Made by a program: the position numbers and the translations under genes. DNA of 49,858 nt, from the sequence record SRR22947725_2259. The stretch is one strand, 5' to 3'. The notes beneath the pieces are model-generated. The model was not told where the DNA came from. It saw only the letters and a program-made list of their open reading frames with translations, and searched no databases. Below are positions 9,414-19,565 of this stretch, one piece after another (the stretch's first letter is position 1; every line of letters begins with the position of its first letter).

Positions 9414-10010
9414 ATGAGAGCTAAGTCATTCCTCACTAAGAGCCTTTTGAATGCTCTCTTTCTGAGAAGAAAAGTTTTCGTGGGAAAAAATGTCGAATTT
9501 TCTGGTCTACCAAACCTCACAATCGATCACAGGAGCGAAATATATTTCGAAGCCTCTTGTATTTGTAGAAAAATGGTAGAGATCAGATCATTGAAGTCAT
9601 CAATTGTCAGGATCGGTCGGGGCTGTCGCGTCGACAATCTCGTCAGGTTGCTTTCCACCAATCAGTCTAATTTAACCATAGGTGAGGGCTCTAGAATCGG
9701 ACTAGCCACAATAATGAACGGAGGATGCGATATAACAATTGGAAAAAATGTACTGATTTCGGGATTCGTATATCTTCAGACTAGTGCCCATCAGACAAGC
9801 AAATCTAAGAAAATCATGGAGCAAGGGTATGATCATGCGCCAATAGTTGTAGAAGATGATGTATGGATTGGGGCTCATTGCATAATTCTTCCGGGCGTAA
9901 CACTTAAAAAAGGAAGCATTATTGGAGCAAATTCAGTAGTTAAAAAGGACACAGAAGAGTTTTCCATTAACGCCGGAAGTCCAGCCAAGCTAATCTCAAA
10001 CAGAAAATAA
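9414..10010 (+). CDS. Hexapeptide-repeat (left-handed beta-helix) acyltransferase
   Basis: VEDDVWIGAHCIILPGV, IIGANSVV, AGSPAKLI; ATG at 9414. Confidence 0.9.
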   Translation: MRAKSFLTKSLLNALFLRRKVFVGKNVEFSGLPNLTIDHRSEIYFEASCICRKMVEIRSLKSSIVRIGRGCRVDNLVRLLSTNQSNLTIGEGSRIGLATIMNGGCDITIGKNVLISGFVYLQTSAHQTSKSKKIMEQGYDHAPIVVEDDVWIGAHCIILPGVTLKKGSIIGANSVVKKDTEEFSINAGSPAKLISNRK

Positions 10011-10011
10011 A

Positions 10012-11307
10012 ATGACTGCAAAATCGAATATTACGGATTTCATTTCGAAATATTATATGCTCAATCGGGCGAAAGTATGCGATGACATTACTTTCTTTAC
10101 GCAAGAAATCAACCGGCTCGTCGACGGAACTTTGCTTTCTGTCTCCTCAGGTGAGGAATGCCTCAATTGGACAATTCCGAAAAAATGGACAGTTAATCAA
10201 GCCTGGATAAAGAATAGTAAAGGGGAAAACATCATGGATTCGGAATCTCATCCCCTCCAGCTCATGACCTATTCAAATTCGTTTCAGGGAGTACTCTCGA
10301 AAAAAGACCTCCTCAAAAATGTTAAGACCGATAAGAAAAGACCTGATTGTCTAATTTATAACCACAGGCAGCAATATAAGTTTAACAACTATCCCGATTG
10401 GGGCTTTTCACTTCCATACAATAAAATCCTCGAACTAGATGATTCTGAACAATATCAGGTCCACATTGATTGCGATTTTTCAGACGGAGAAATGCTTGTT
10501 TGCCAGAAAAAATTAATTGGCAAGAGTAAAAAAATCATTTTTTTTGCGGCTCACACTTGCCACCCGGGAATGGTAAACGATGGAATTGCGGGGATAGCCA
10601 TCTTGATAGAACTCTACAGGGAGTTGTCGGCCAGAAAGGAACTAAAATATTCCTATAATTTTATTTTCGGTCCGGAATATTACGCCGGAGCTACAGTTCT
10701 TCAAAAAGATGCTGATGCTGAATTGTTAAAGTCAGGCTTTTTTCTGGATATGATGAGCAACGGTCAGGAAATGGGATTCTCAAGATCCTTCCAAGGAAAC
10801 ACATATATAGATTTCGTTACCGAATGTGTCATGAAGAAGACCTTGTCTTCTTACTTCTCTAAGGATTACAGAAAGCTCTGGGGAAATGATGAAATCTTCT
10901 ATGACGGCCCTGATTTTCGAATCCCAACAATCGGTTTGGGCCGAGACAGATGGGAGCATTACCATACTGATAAAGACAACTTGAAAAACTGTGACTTGGA
11001 TCAGCTTGTTGAATCTTACGATTTCTTAACACAGATCGTCGACTTCATGGAAAATGATTACATTCCTGTCAGAAAGTACAGAGGTCCTCTATACCTAGAT
11101 AGATATGGCATAACCTTTGATTCGCAGGGCGATCCAGAAGGATATTCAAACATTCAAAAAATTCAAATAATGGCCGACGGTACCAAGAGTATATCCGAAA
11201 TTTCGAGAGCCTTGGACATCGATTACTTCTTCGTCTTTGATTTTTTCGAAATACTTTTCGAAAAAGATCTCATATTAAAAGAAACCTATTACGCCTTTGA
11301 TGAATAA
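10012..11307 (+). CDS. DUF4910 aminopeptidase-like polysaccharide biosynthesis protein
   Basis: WTIPKKW, AHTCHPGMVNDGIAG, GPEYY, GNDE, YHTDKD, C-terminal DGTKSISEIS HTH-like segment. Confidence 0.8.
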   Translation: MTAKSNITDFISKYYMLNRAKVCDDITFFTQEINRLVDGTLLSVSSGEECLNWTIPKKWTVNQAWIKNSKGENIMDSESHPLQLMTYSNSFQGVLSKKDLLKNVKTDKKRPDCLIYNHRQQYKFNNYPDWGFSLPYNKILELDDSEQYQVHIDCDFSDGEMLVCQKKLIGKSKKIIFFAAHTCHPGMVNDGIAGIAILIELYRELSARKELKYSYNFIFGPEYYAGATVLQKDADAELLKSGFFLDMMSNGQEMGFSRSFQGNTYIDFVTECVMKKTLSSYFSKDYRKLWGNDEIFYDGPDFRIPTIGLGRDRWEHYHTDKDNLKNCDLDQLVESYDFLTQIVDFMENDYIPVRKYRGPLYLDRYGITFDSQGDPEGYSNIQKIQIMADGTKSISEISRALDIDYFFVFDFFEILFEKDLILKETYYAFDE

Positions 11308-12001
11308 ATTACCAAACAAAGATACGGACGTCTACTTCGAGCACGAATCTCTAAAGGTGCACCAAAAGGAAATGCTATTGCTGATGCAGGAAAATATCTC
11401 TTTATCAAATGGAAACTTCCTTGACCTTGCATGTGCTAGTGGAATTTTTGTAAATGCATTTAAGAGCTATTGGCCAGACTTTAAAGTTAAAGGTATTGAT
11501 CTAGACAACGAGCTTATTACAAAAGCTAAAAAGGATTATCCCAATCTGGAAAAATCCTTTTCTTGTGAAAACTGTCGAAAAATTGACGGGAAAGAAAAAT
11601 TCGATATCGTTCATGCTTCGGGGATTCTCAGCGTATTCGAAGATTTTGAAGAAACTTTAACAGAATGGCTTGATCTTCTATCTGAAAGAGGAAAATTCTT
11701 CCTTTTCAACCGTTTCAATTCAAAAGATGTCGATGTACTTATAAAACACCGTAACAATACAAAGGACTACGGGTGGGAAACTGGCCTTAATACCTTTTCC
11801 ATTGAGACATTGAAAAGGTATCTCAAGTCAAGAAAGCTGTCATACCAGATTAAAAAGTTTTTCCTCCCCCTAGACCTGCCCGAACATGCTGATCCAATAA
11901 GGTCATTTACCAAAAAATTAGAGGATAAGTCTAGATTAGTTCTCAATGGTGCGAATGTTATTTCGGAACATTTTTTTGTTATTATCGAATCTAACAAATG
12001 A
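11300..12001 (+). CDS. Class I SAM-dependent methyltransferase
   Basis: FLDLACASG motif I, GID, FDIV. Confidence 0.85.
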   Translation: MNKLPNKDTDVYFEHESLKVHQKEMLLLMQENISLSNGNFLDLACASGIFVNAFKSYWPDFKVKGIDLDNELITKAKKDYPNLEKSFSCENCRKIDGKEKFDIVHASGILSVFEDFEETLTEWLDLLSERGKFFLFNRFNSKDVDVLIKHRNNTKDYGWETGLNTFSIETLKRYLKSRKLSYQIKKFFLPLDLPEHADPIRSFTKKLEDKSRLVLNGANVISEHFFVIIESNK

Positions 12002-13503
12002 CTGTAGCTTTTTTTGCTCCATACAGTTGCCATTTAAGGCTTTTTGAAACCGAATTAGATTTGATTCAACAGGAACTTGATGCAAGAAAGAAAGTATACT
12101 TTCTTTCTTGCTCTGCTACCCTTCCGATATGCGAACCGAACCCAGACCATCAGTTTGAGATTTGTGCTACATGTTGTTCGCGCATGAAAAGGGGAATTGA
12201 GCTTCTTGCACCTAAGCCAATCGTCAAAAGAATTCTGTCGAACGTTGCAAGACAGGATCATTTGGATTTCCAAAAGCTTAAAACCGGATTCAAGAACGCA
12301 AAGGAATTGAAGGAGTATGTTTTTGACGATTTCAACATCGGTTTTGGGGTATTGTCTTCCCTTATTGATCAAACGGAAGATCCAGAACCCGATACCATAC
12401 TTAATGCAAAAAAAATCAATTCCTTCATAAGTTCATCTTTCTATATTTTCAGAAGCGTTCGGAGTTTCCTAAAGAAGTATTCAATTGAAAAGATCTACTT
12501 ATTCAATGGCCGACACGCATTTGAAAACGCAGTAGTTGCCGCAGCAAAGCAAACCGATACAGAATTTCTAACTTACGAATTTGGCCATGACTGGTCACAC
12601 TATGAACTCAATCATAATGCTCTTCCTCATGATCGTGACCCCAAACGCAAAGCGGTTTTAGAAATTTGGAACAACTCAAAGGATAGTCTTTGGTCCAAAG
12701 TAAAAGCTGGCAGCATGTTTTATAAGAACAATATGTCAGGAAAGCCGACGAATTACCTCTCCTACACGGGTCATCAAAAAAAAGAAATTCTCCCTAAAAA
12801 CTGGTCTAAAAAATTTAACAACATTGCAATTTTCAACAGCTCGGAAAAGGAATGGGAAGTAACTTCTGATTGCAGACAAAATTGGTTTTATCCTAATCAA
12901 ATCGTCGGTATTGAGAAAATCTTGGAAGACCTTTCGTTCAAGCAGCAAAATTTAAGGCTGTATCTAAGGATGCATCCTAACATGATCGGTACTGACAATC
13001 AATACACCCAAAAAATATTCTCTTTAGAAATTAAATATCCTTTTTTCTTCGTTATCGAACCAGAAAGTCCAGTCTGTTCTTATGCCTTAATCAAAAATAG
13101 CCAAAAAGTTCTCTCTTTTGGTTCAACACCGGGAATTGAAGCTGTTTACCTTGGCGTTCCGTCTGTTTTGGCTGCAGAAATGAATTATGATCACTTGGAT
13201 TCTACCTACAATCCAGATTCTCACGAGCATCTGGTTAAGTTACTCCTGACTGATCTAAAACCAAAACGAAAATTAGGAGCTTACATATTTGGATATTACC
13301 AAATGAATTACGGTAAACCCTATAAATATTATAAAGCAAATGGACTCTTTTCTGGTTTATTCAAAGGTAAGAATCTTCAAGAAAATACATCTTTAGCCAA
13401 ATTCTTTTATAATATCCACAGAAAAAAAATACATTTTTTTTATCTATTTATTGTATATATTTTTAATAAGAGATCGAATCTTTTTGGAACAATTAAGCGT
13501 TGA
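11998..13503 (+). CDS. Capsule-synthesis-like GT-B protein (putative CMP-ulosonate transferase)
   Basis: FNGR, LRMHPN, FGSTPGIEA motifs resembling KpsS/KpsC-type domains; located at the end of the NeuB module. Confidence 0.55.
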   Translation: MTVAFFAPYSCHLRLFETELDLIQQELDARKKVYFLSCSATLPICEPNPDHQFEICATCCSRMKRGIELLAPKPIVKRILSNVARQDHLDFQKLKTGFKNAKELKEYVFDDFNIGFGVLSSLIDQTEDPEPDTILNAKKINSFISSSFYIFRSVRSFLKKYSIEKIYLFNGRHAFENAVVAAAKQTDTEFLTYEFGHDWSHYELNHNALPHDRDPKRKAVLEIWNNSKDSLWSKVKAGSMFYKNNMSGKPTNYLSYTGHQKKEILPKNWSKKFNNIAIFNSSEKEWEVTSDCRQNWFYPNQIVGIEKILEDLSFKQQNLRLYLRMHPNMIGTDNQYTQKIFSLEIKYPFFFVIEPESPVCSYALIKNSQKVLSFGSTPGIEAVYLGVPSVLAAEMNYDHLDSTYNPDSHEHLVKLLLTDLKPKRKLGAYIFGYYQMNYGKPYKYYKANGLFSGLFKGKNLQENTSLAKFFYNIHRKKIHFFYLFIVYIFNKRSNLFGTIKR

Positions 13504-14471
13504 TTCACTATTCACCAATTATAAAAATGAATGGTGGCATTGGAGACATGCTTCTTTTAACCATTATTTTCAGGAAAATATTCCAAGAAAACGAAAAACG
13601 AGTCTGTTTAGTTAGTAAGTTTGGAGAAATTTTTCTTTTCAATGATTCAGTAGATAAGGTTTACAAAAAAGAAAATTTATGGATCCATCTTCGTGAGCTA
13701 ATTGGCAAGAATTATTACGAAATCACTTACAGATGTTGGTCGCAACTACTTCCGGATAAAAAGACAGTTTTTAATACACATGTAATAGAACAATTTTGTC
13801 ATCAATTAAACCTAAGTGGATGGATTCCCTTGAAACCTGAAATATTTTTCAGTGCACAAGAAGTCGCATCCTTTAGAAAGCCAAGTCCTGAATATATAGT
13901 AATTCAAAGTCAAGGATCTCACTCAAATCAACCTCAGAAGACAAAAGACTGGAGCATTGAATCAATGCAAAAAGTGGTTGACCGTTTAGGTAAGAATTTC
14001 GAAATCCTACAACTTGGATCGGGAAAAGATGTAAGACTAAATGGTGTGAGTGATTTTTGTGGAAAAACTTCGATAAGAGAAGCTGGTTTGTTTTTGAAAA
14101 ACGCCCGCCTTTTTGTTGGTCTTGAAGGTGCCCTTATGCATATGGCCCGTGCTGTTAACTGCCCATCTGTTATAATTTGGGGAGGAAGGTTAAAGCCCTA
14201 CCAAATTGGTTATCCATGCTTTGAGAATGTGACCGTGGATTTGGAATGCTCTCCTTGTTGGTTGCCAAACGCCTGCCCTCACGATCTTAAATGCATGAAG
14301 GAAATAAGTTCGAAACGTGTGATTGATGCATGCGAAAAAATACTGTCTCAAAAAGATACCGAATTACCCATCGATAAAATTGAAATCGTAGAGAGCATTT
14401 CACCAAAGCAGATAAAGAATGAAATCGCCGATTTCCCTCCCCATTTAGACCACCTTATTCTTTGGAACTAA
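13500..14471 (+). CDS. GT9 family glycosyltransferase (heptosyltransferase-like)
   Basis: GGIGDML, KDW, EGALMHMARA, CSPCW...C...C. Confidence 0.85.
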   Translation: MIHYSPIIKMNGGIGDMLLLTIIFRKIFQENEKRVCLVSKFGEIFLFNDSVDKVYKKENLWIHLRELIGKNYYEITYRCWSQLLPDKKTVFNTHVIEQFCHQLNLSGWIPLKPEIFFSAQEVASFRKPSPEYIVIQSQGSHSNQPQKTKDWSIESMQKVVDRLGKNFEILQLGSGKDVRLNGVSDFCGKTSIREAGLFLKNARLFVGLEGALMHMARAVNCPSVIIWGGRLKPYQIGYPCFENVTVDLECSPCWLPNACPHDLKCMKEISSKRVIDACEKILSQKDTELPIDKIEIVESISPKQIKNEIADFPPHLDHLILWN

Positions 14472-14478
14472 TAAGATT

Positions 14479-15396
14479 TTGCTGAAACTGATTAATTTAG
14501 CTTGTGGGCAAACTTTCCATTCAAACTGGATTAACTTGGATCAATCCGCATCATCGGAAGAGGTTCGGTTCTACGACCTGAGAACCCCCCTTCCCTTTCC
14601 AGACGATTATGCTGATGCGATATATTGCTCCCATTTTTTGGAACACTTAGACGAATGCCAAGGCATAGCTTTTCTACGGGAATGCCACAGATGTCTGAAT
14701 AATAAGGGTGTATTAAGAATCGTGGTTCCTGATTTTGAAAGATTGGCGCAAGATTATCTGGATATCGTTAACCAACTTCACGAATGTGGCAATCTTGAGA
14801 CCGAGCACCAGTGGATGCATTTGGAAATATTCGATCAATTTTCAAGAAAGCGTCCGGAAGGTGAAATGGGCGCTTTTCTTATCGATTCTGAAAATCATAA
14901 AAACTCTTTTATTCGAAATCGGCTTGGTCTTGCGATTGATAACTTCAGAAACAATGATGATTCCGCAACAAAAAGTGAGTCGCAATCAATTGCGATCGGT
15001 TTTATTCGCAGTGTAAGAAATTTTTTTTTCGATTCGGCATATAGGACGCACTTCCTAATGAAAAAATTATGCCCCAAACATTTCAAAGTATTTTGCATAT
15101 ATCCAAGCGAGTCATTTTTGAATGAAATCATCTTGATGTTCTTTTCATCACTAACCTACAAAGAAATGAAGGAGGCTATGTTCCGAAATTCCGGAGAAGT
15201 TCACCAACAGAGTTTTGATCAGTTCAAATTGAAGAAGCTTTTGCTTGATATTGGCTTTTGTGAAGCAAGTAAAAAAACAGCTGAAGAAAGCGCGATTGAA
15301 AATTGGAGTTCTTACGGACTGGATACGACCCCCGAAGGCTTTGAAAAAAAAGCCGATTCATTATACATGGAAGCATTTAAATCCTTTAAAATTTGA
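14479..15396 (+). CDS. SAM-dependent methyltransferase (type 11-like)
   Basis: NLACG, WINLD, SHFLEHL, LRIVVPD, SLYMEA. Confidence 0.85.
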   Translation: MLKLINLACGQTFHSNWINLDQSASSEEVRFYDLRTPLPFPDDYADAIYCSHFLEHLDECQGIAFLRECHRCLNNKGVLRIVVPDFERLAQDYLDIVNQLHECGNLETEHQWMHLEIFDQFSRKRPEGEMGAFLIDSENHKNSFIRNRLGLAIDNFRNNDDSATKSESQSIAIGFIRSVRNFFFDSAYRTHFLMKKLCPKHFKVFCIYPSESFLNEIILMFFSSLTYKEMKEAMFRNSGEVHQQSFDQFKLKKLLLDIGFCEASKKTAEESAIENWSSYGLDTTPEGFEKKADSLYMEAFKSFKI

Positions 15397-16568
15397 AAGT
15401 CTGCCTAATCTCAGATTTTGCTCGGACGGGGGGAGCCGCAATAGCTGCCGATCGTATCGCTCGTGCTCTGCATGAAGTTGGTTGTAATATTCACAGGATT
15501 TCCTCAAATGCTCCTGCTAGCTCAATCTTCCAAGAATACTCCTTACAGGAAAGTCGAAAATTACAGTTATTGATGACGCTGTCCGGAGGCAAGTTTCTTA
15601 GATTTAACATAGGGAAAAGAAGGAGACGCGATTTGCTAGGCCAATTGAAAAAAATATTGGCTTCAATCAAACCAGATTACATAAGCCTGCATAATATACA
15701 TGGCACTGATTGGCCTATCGAGCTCGCAGAAGTTGCCTTGGACCAATGCCCCACTTCTTGGACCCTTCATGATTGTTCTACTTTTCTTGGTAGCTACTAC
15801 CCCAACTATTGCTCCCATGCGACCAAAGACTCTCTTGTCAAATTAGAAAATTTCTGGCGAAGCATTTCATCACATGAATCCAATACTCGTTTTTCATCCA
15901 TCGCACCTTCAAAGTGGATGAAATCAATGGCTCAGGAAAGTTATTGGGGGAATTACAAAAGTTGCCAAATACCTTATCCCATTTTCGACGAATATAATTC
16001 GAACTCCGAGCCAGAAGCCTGTAAAAAAGCAATAGGACTGGATCCGGGAAAAATCACAGTTTTGATGGTGGCAGGTAATTTGAATGAGGAAAGAAAAGGC
16101 GGTCCTATATTAAAGGACATTCTTAAAGATAAGAGACACTCCCACCTTCAATTTCTCCTGATTGGTGAACTTGATTCGGACAAAAACATGCCTCCCAATG
16201 TCAAATCGATGGGGTTCGTTGAAGATGATGAACTCAAGCGTATTGCCTATACTTGTGCTGATATTACGCTCCATCCAGCACCTATCGACAATCTTCCCAA
16301 TACGGTAATTGAATCACTTGCTTGCGGAACTCCTGTTATCGCTTTTTCTAGCGGAGGTTTGAAGGATTTGGTCATTCCCCATAAAACGGGTTGGTTGGTA
16401 AATGAAAAGGGCGCATCTTCCTTCGGCGACGAGTTGCAAAGAATTACTAAAAACCGAAGTTTCGAAAGTATCAAAATTAGGCTTCTGGAAGAGCGAAAAG
16501 GGCTTTTCTCTCCCGTGCAGGTGGCCGAAAATTACATCGAGCATTTTAATTCCCTCGTTCAAACATAA
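15393..16568 (+). CDS. GT4 glycosyltransferase (WcaC-like)
   Basis: [32 protein letters not shown]. Confidence 0.9.
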   Translation: MKVCLISDFARTGGAAIAADRIARALHEVGCNIHRISSNAPASSIFQEYSLQESRKLQLLMTLSGGKFLRFNIGKRRRRDLLGQLKKILASIKPDYISLHNIHGTDWPIELAEVALDQCPTSWTLHDCSTFLGSYYPNYCSHATKDSLVKLENFWRSISSHESNTRFSSIAPSKWMKSMAQESYWGNYKSCQIPYPIFDEYNSNSEPEACKKAIGLDPGKITVLMVAGNLNEERKGGPILKDILKDKRHSHLQFLLIGELDSDKNMPPNVKSMGFVEDDELKRIAYTCADITLHPAPIDNLPNTVIESLACGTPVIAFSSGGLKDLVIPHKTGWLVNEKGASSFGDELQRITKNRSFESIKIRLLEERKGLFSPVQVAENYIEHFNSLVQT

Positions 16569-17614
16569 TGAAAATTCTTGTCACTGGCTCTTCTGGGCTC
16601 ATTGGATCTGAAGTTTGCACTTACTTCTCAAAACTGGGTCACTCGATTCATGGAATCGATAATAATCAAAGAAAAGAATTCTTTGGTTTGCAGGGAGATA
16701 CATCCTGGAGACTCCAAGAATTAGAAAACTCTCTACCGGACTTCACTCTTCATGTACTGGACATTCGTGACCGAGCCAAGGTTTTAGAACGCATCAAATT
16801 TATAAGGCCACATGCGATTGTACACACTGCTGCCCAGCCATCACATGATAAAGCGGCATCTATTCCCTTTGATGATTTTGATGTCAATGCAGTGGGCACC
16901 TTGAATCTCTTGGAAGCTACCCGTCAATTTTGCATAGATTCTCCTTTTGTTCACATGTCCACCAACAAAGTTTATGGAGATGGACCAAATGATATAAAAA
17001 TCAAAGAACTCGATACTCGTTGGGAATATGATGATTCAGAATATGCGAATGGCATTGCAGAGACTTTTTCCATAGACCATTGCAAACACTCACTTTTTGG
17101 TGCTTCGAAGGTGGCAGCCGATGTCATGGTGCAGGAATATGGCCGTTATTTTGGTATGGCAACTTGCTGCCTTCGTGGGGGCTGCCTAACAGGACCTTCT
17201 CATTCGGGAGTCGAACTACATGGCTTTCTGAGCTATTTGGTAAAGTGCAATTTGGAAGGATCCACCTATAAGATTTTTGGTTACAAGGGAAAGCAAGTCC
17301 GTGACAATATTCACTCGGAGGATGTCGCCCAATTCATAGATTTATTTATTGCATCACCTCGCTCTGGAGAAGTTTATAACCTTGGAGGTGGCAAAGAAAA
17401 CAGCTGCTCAATACTGGAAGCATTTGAACTATGCGAAAGCCATTCAGGAATCTCTCAAAAATACTATTATCTAGATGCAAATCGTATTGGTGATCACATA
17501 TGCTATTACAGCAATCTGACTAAGATTAAGACTCATTTTCCACAATTTACCCTCCGACACTCGTTGAGCGATACCATTAAACAAATTGTGCAAGCCCAAA
17601 GAAAACGGGCTTGA
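16568..17614 (+). CDS. NAD-dependent epimerase, CDP-paratose 2-epimerase-like SDR
   Basis: [39 protein letters not shown]. Confidence 0.88.
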   Translation: MKILVTGSSGLIGSEVCTYFSKLGHSIHGIDNNQRKEFFGLQGDTSWRLQELENSLPDFTLHVLDIRDRAKVLERIKFIRPHAIVHTAAQPSHDKAASIPFDDFDVNAVGTLNLLEATRQFCIDSPFVHMSTNKVYGDGPNDIKIKELDTRWEYDDSEYANGIAETFSIDHCKHSLFGASKVAADVMVQEYGRYFGMATCCLRGGCLTGPSHSGVELHGFLSYLVKCNLEGSTYKIFGYKGKQVRDNIHSEDVAQFIDLFIASPRSGEVYNLGGGKENSCSILEAFELCESHSGISQKYYYLDANRIGDHICYYSNLTKIKTHFPQFTLRHSLSDTIKQIVQAQRKRA

Positions 17615-18771
17615 TTCCGTTGGAAACTCCTAATTCTAAAATTTTATTAGTAACGGAAACACCACCGGGGACTCCAAATGGTTTTGGCGTTACTTTAAAA
17701 TGCCTTTTTAAGGAAACTCCGCATGATGTGTTGTTTACAGACGCAGCTTTTAACCTTCACGGTAAAAAAAATGGTTATGTCCTTGGTCAAGTTCCTTATC
17801 ATCGTTCGATTCGGCATCTCTTCAAATTCGCCTGGGGCCATATTCCTGAATGGAGAAACTATTATTCAAAAACGTGGCAGAGACATAAGATCGCCAAATC
17901 TTACCGTTTTGTTTATGCCTTTGTCTATTCAACAGATTGTTTAAAGTTCGCTCATTGGATCGCTCAATCTAAAAATATTAACCTCATTGTTCATTTAGCC
18001 GATCATAGTCAAGATTTCACCACTACAGACATGCGAAACTTGCTAAATAGTTGTTCAGGCTTGGTCTGTATAACGAATGAAATGGCAAAAAAGTATGAAC
18101 ATATGTTGGGAAGACAAGATATCGAAGTTTTGCACAATGGAGCCGAAAGTCGCTGTCTCGATATTTCAACTCCAGACACAGGTCCTTTTAATGAAAAAAA
18201 TCCTTTTATCGTTTGCTTTTTGGGTGGGCTATTTTCTCACCTTCACGGAGACTGCATCGAGGATGTGGTACATGCCATTTCACAAATCAGAAAAACTAGG
18301 CCATGGGTCGAGTTTCATCTATATGGCCAGAGGCAACCAAGTAATTTCCTTGAAGAAATTCTACAAACAAATGGATGTATTCATCATGGGATCATCATGC
18401 CCCTAGAAAAAAAATTTGATATCATGGAAAAAGCTCACTGCTTTATTGTGCCTTCTTCTTTTAACCCAGAAAGCCATAAGCACTATCGTTATTCTTTTCC
18501 CACCAAGTTGCCTGAATTACTGTCTAGTGGTCGACCCATCCTTTCCTACGGTCCACCTGACACCTCAACAAATCTCTTGCTTAAGGCAGATAACTTAGGA
18601 ATTAGGATTCATAAACGGTCGGTTAAAATGCTTGTTGATATTTTTGAACGAATTGAAGCTGATTATGAACAATTTTGTAAAGAAGCTACCCCTAATGACC
18701 CTAAAATATTGCAAAAGTATTCAGCGACTGGAGTAAGAAAAAAAATTTCAAATATTCTTTCATTAAATTGA
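17611..18771 (+). CDS. GT4-like (GT-B) glycosyltransferase
   Basis: [18 protein letters not shown] motif, LHNG, 386 aa. Confidence 0.75.
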   Translation: MIPLETPNSKILLVTETPPGTPNGFGVTLKCLFKETPHDVLFTDAAFNLHGKKNGYVLGQVPYHRSIRHLFKFAWGHIPEWRNYYSKTWQRHKIAKSYRFVYAFVYSTDCLKFAHWIAQSKNINLIVHLADHSQDFTTTDMRNLLNSCSGLVCITNEMAKKYEHMLGRQDIEVLHNGAESRCLDISTPDTGPFNEKNPFIVCFLGGLFSHLHGDCIEDVVHAISQIRKTRPWVEFHLYGQRQPSNFLEEILQTNGCIHHGIIMPLEKKFDIMEKAHCFIVPSSFNPESHKHYRYSFPTKLPELLSSGRPILSYGPPDTSTNLLLKADNLGIRIHKRSVKMLVDIFERIEADYEQFCKEATPNDPKILQKYSATGVRKKISNILSLN

Positions 18772-19565
18772 AAATCTTTTGGCCAACCTTACTCAAATCG
18801 AATTTTTTTCGTAGAGCGTTAATAACTCATCTTAAAGCTCGATATTTTCACGAGCTTAATCATTCTATTCCATTGGGTAATGGCTACTGGGCTGATATCA
18901 TGGAAAATGATGGCTATGACTCGTTTTCGGAAATTTTTATCAAAGAGGAATATCTAGACTTACTACCAAATAAGAAGATAAGTCGGATTATAGACATCGG
19001 AGCTCATTACGGATATTTTAGTTTATGGTTACAGACCAAATTTCCTGAATCAGAAGTTTGTTCCCTTTTAATCGAACCTTCGCCTCGTTCCTGTAGATCC
19101 CTCGAACACCTTGTTAAACAGAAAAGCTTAGATGGGAGATTTCGCTTTGTTAACAAGGCTATTGGGAATCCCAAAAACAAGCATAGTAATTTCTATGACA
19201 GACCTCACATGGCAGGCTCTATTTTTGCATCTACTTTAAGAAGTGAAGATTCCATCGAAGTCGAACAACTTTGCGAAGCCGAGCTCCTGAGTGAATATCC
19301 TCCACCCTATGATTTAATTAAATGCGACATTGAGGGAGCTGAATGGGATTTTATTCAGAACTATGATTCTGTAATTAGAAAGACCAACTACCTACTTTTA
19401 GAATGGCACAGTTGGCATTCAGGAGGTAATGGATTTCCCCAATTAGAAAATAAATTGAAAGAATTGGGTTTTGAAATCACAAAAAAAACAAATTCAGAAA
19501 GTGCTAGTGGCAGAGATGGACAAGTAGGTTTGCTACTTGCAGAAAATCAACAACTTCAATTTTGA
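18768..19565 (+). CDS. FkbM family methyltransferase
   Basis: IDIGAHYGYFS, IEP, LIKCDIEGAE. Confidence 0.9.
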   Translation: MKIFWPTLLKSNFFRRALITHLKARYFHELNHSIPLGNGYWADIMENDGYDSFSEIFIKEEYLDLLPNKKISRIIDIGAHYGYFSLWLQTKFPESEVCSLLIEPSPRSCRSLEHLVKQKSLDGRFRFVNKAIGNPKNKHSNFYDRPHMAGSIFASTLRSEDSIEVEQLCEAELLSEYPPPYDLIKCDIEGAEWDFIQNYDSVIRKTNYLLLEWHSWHSGGNGFPQLENKLKELGFEITKKTNSESASGRDGQVGLLLAENQQLQF

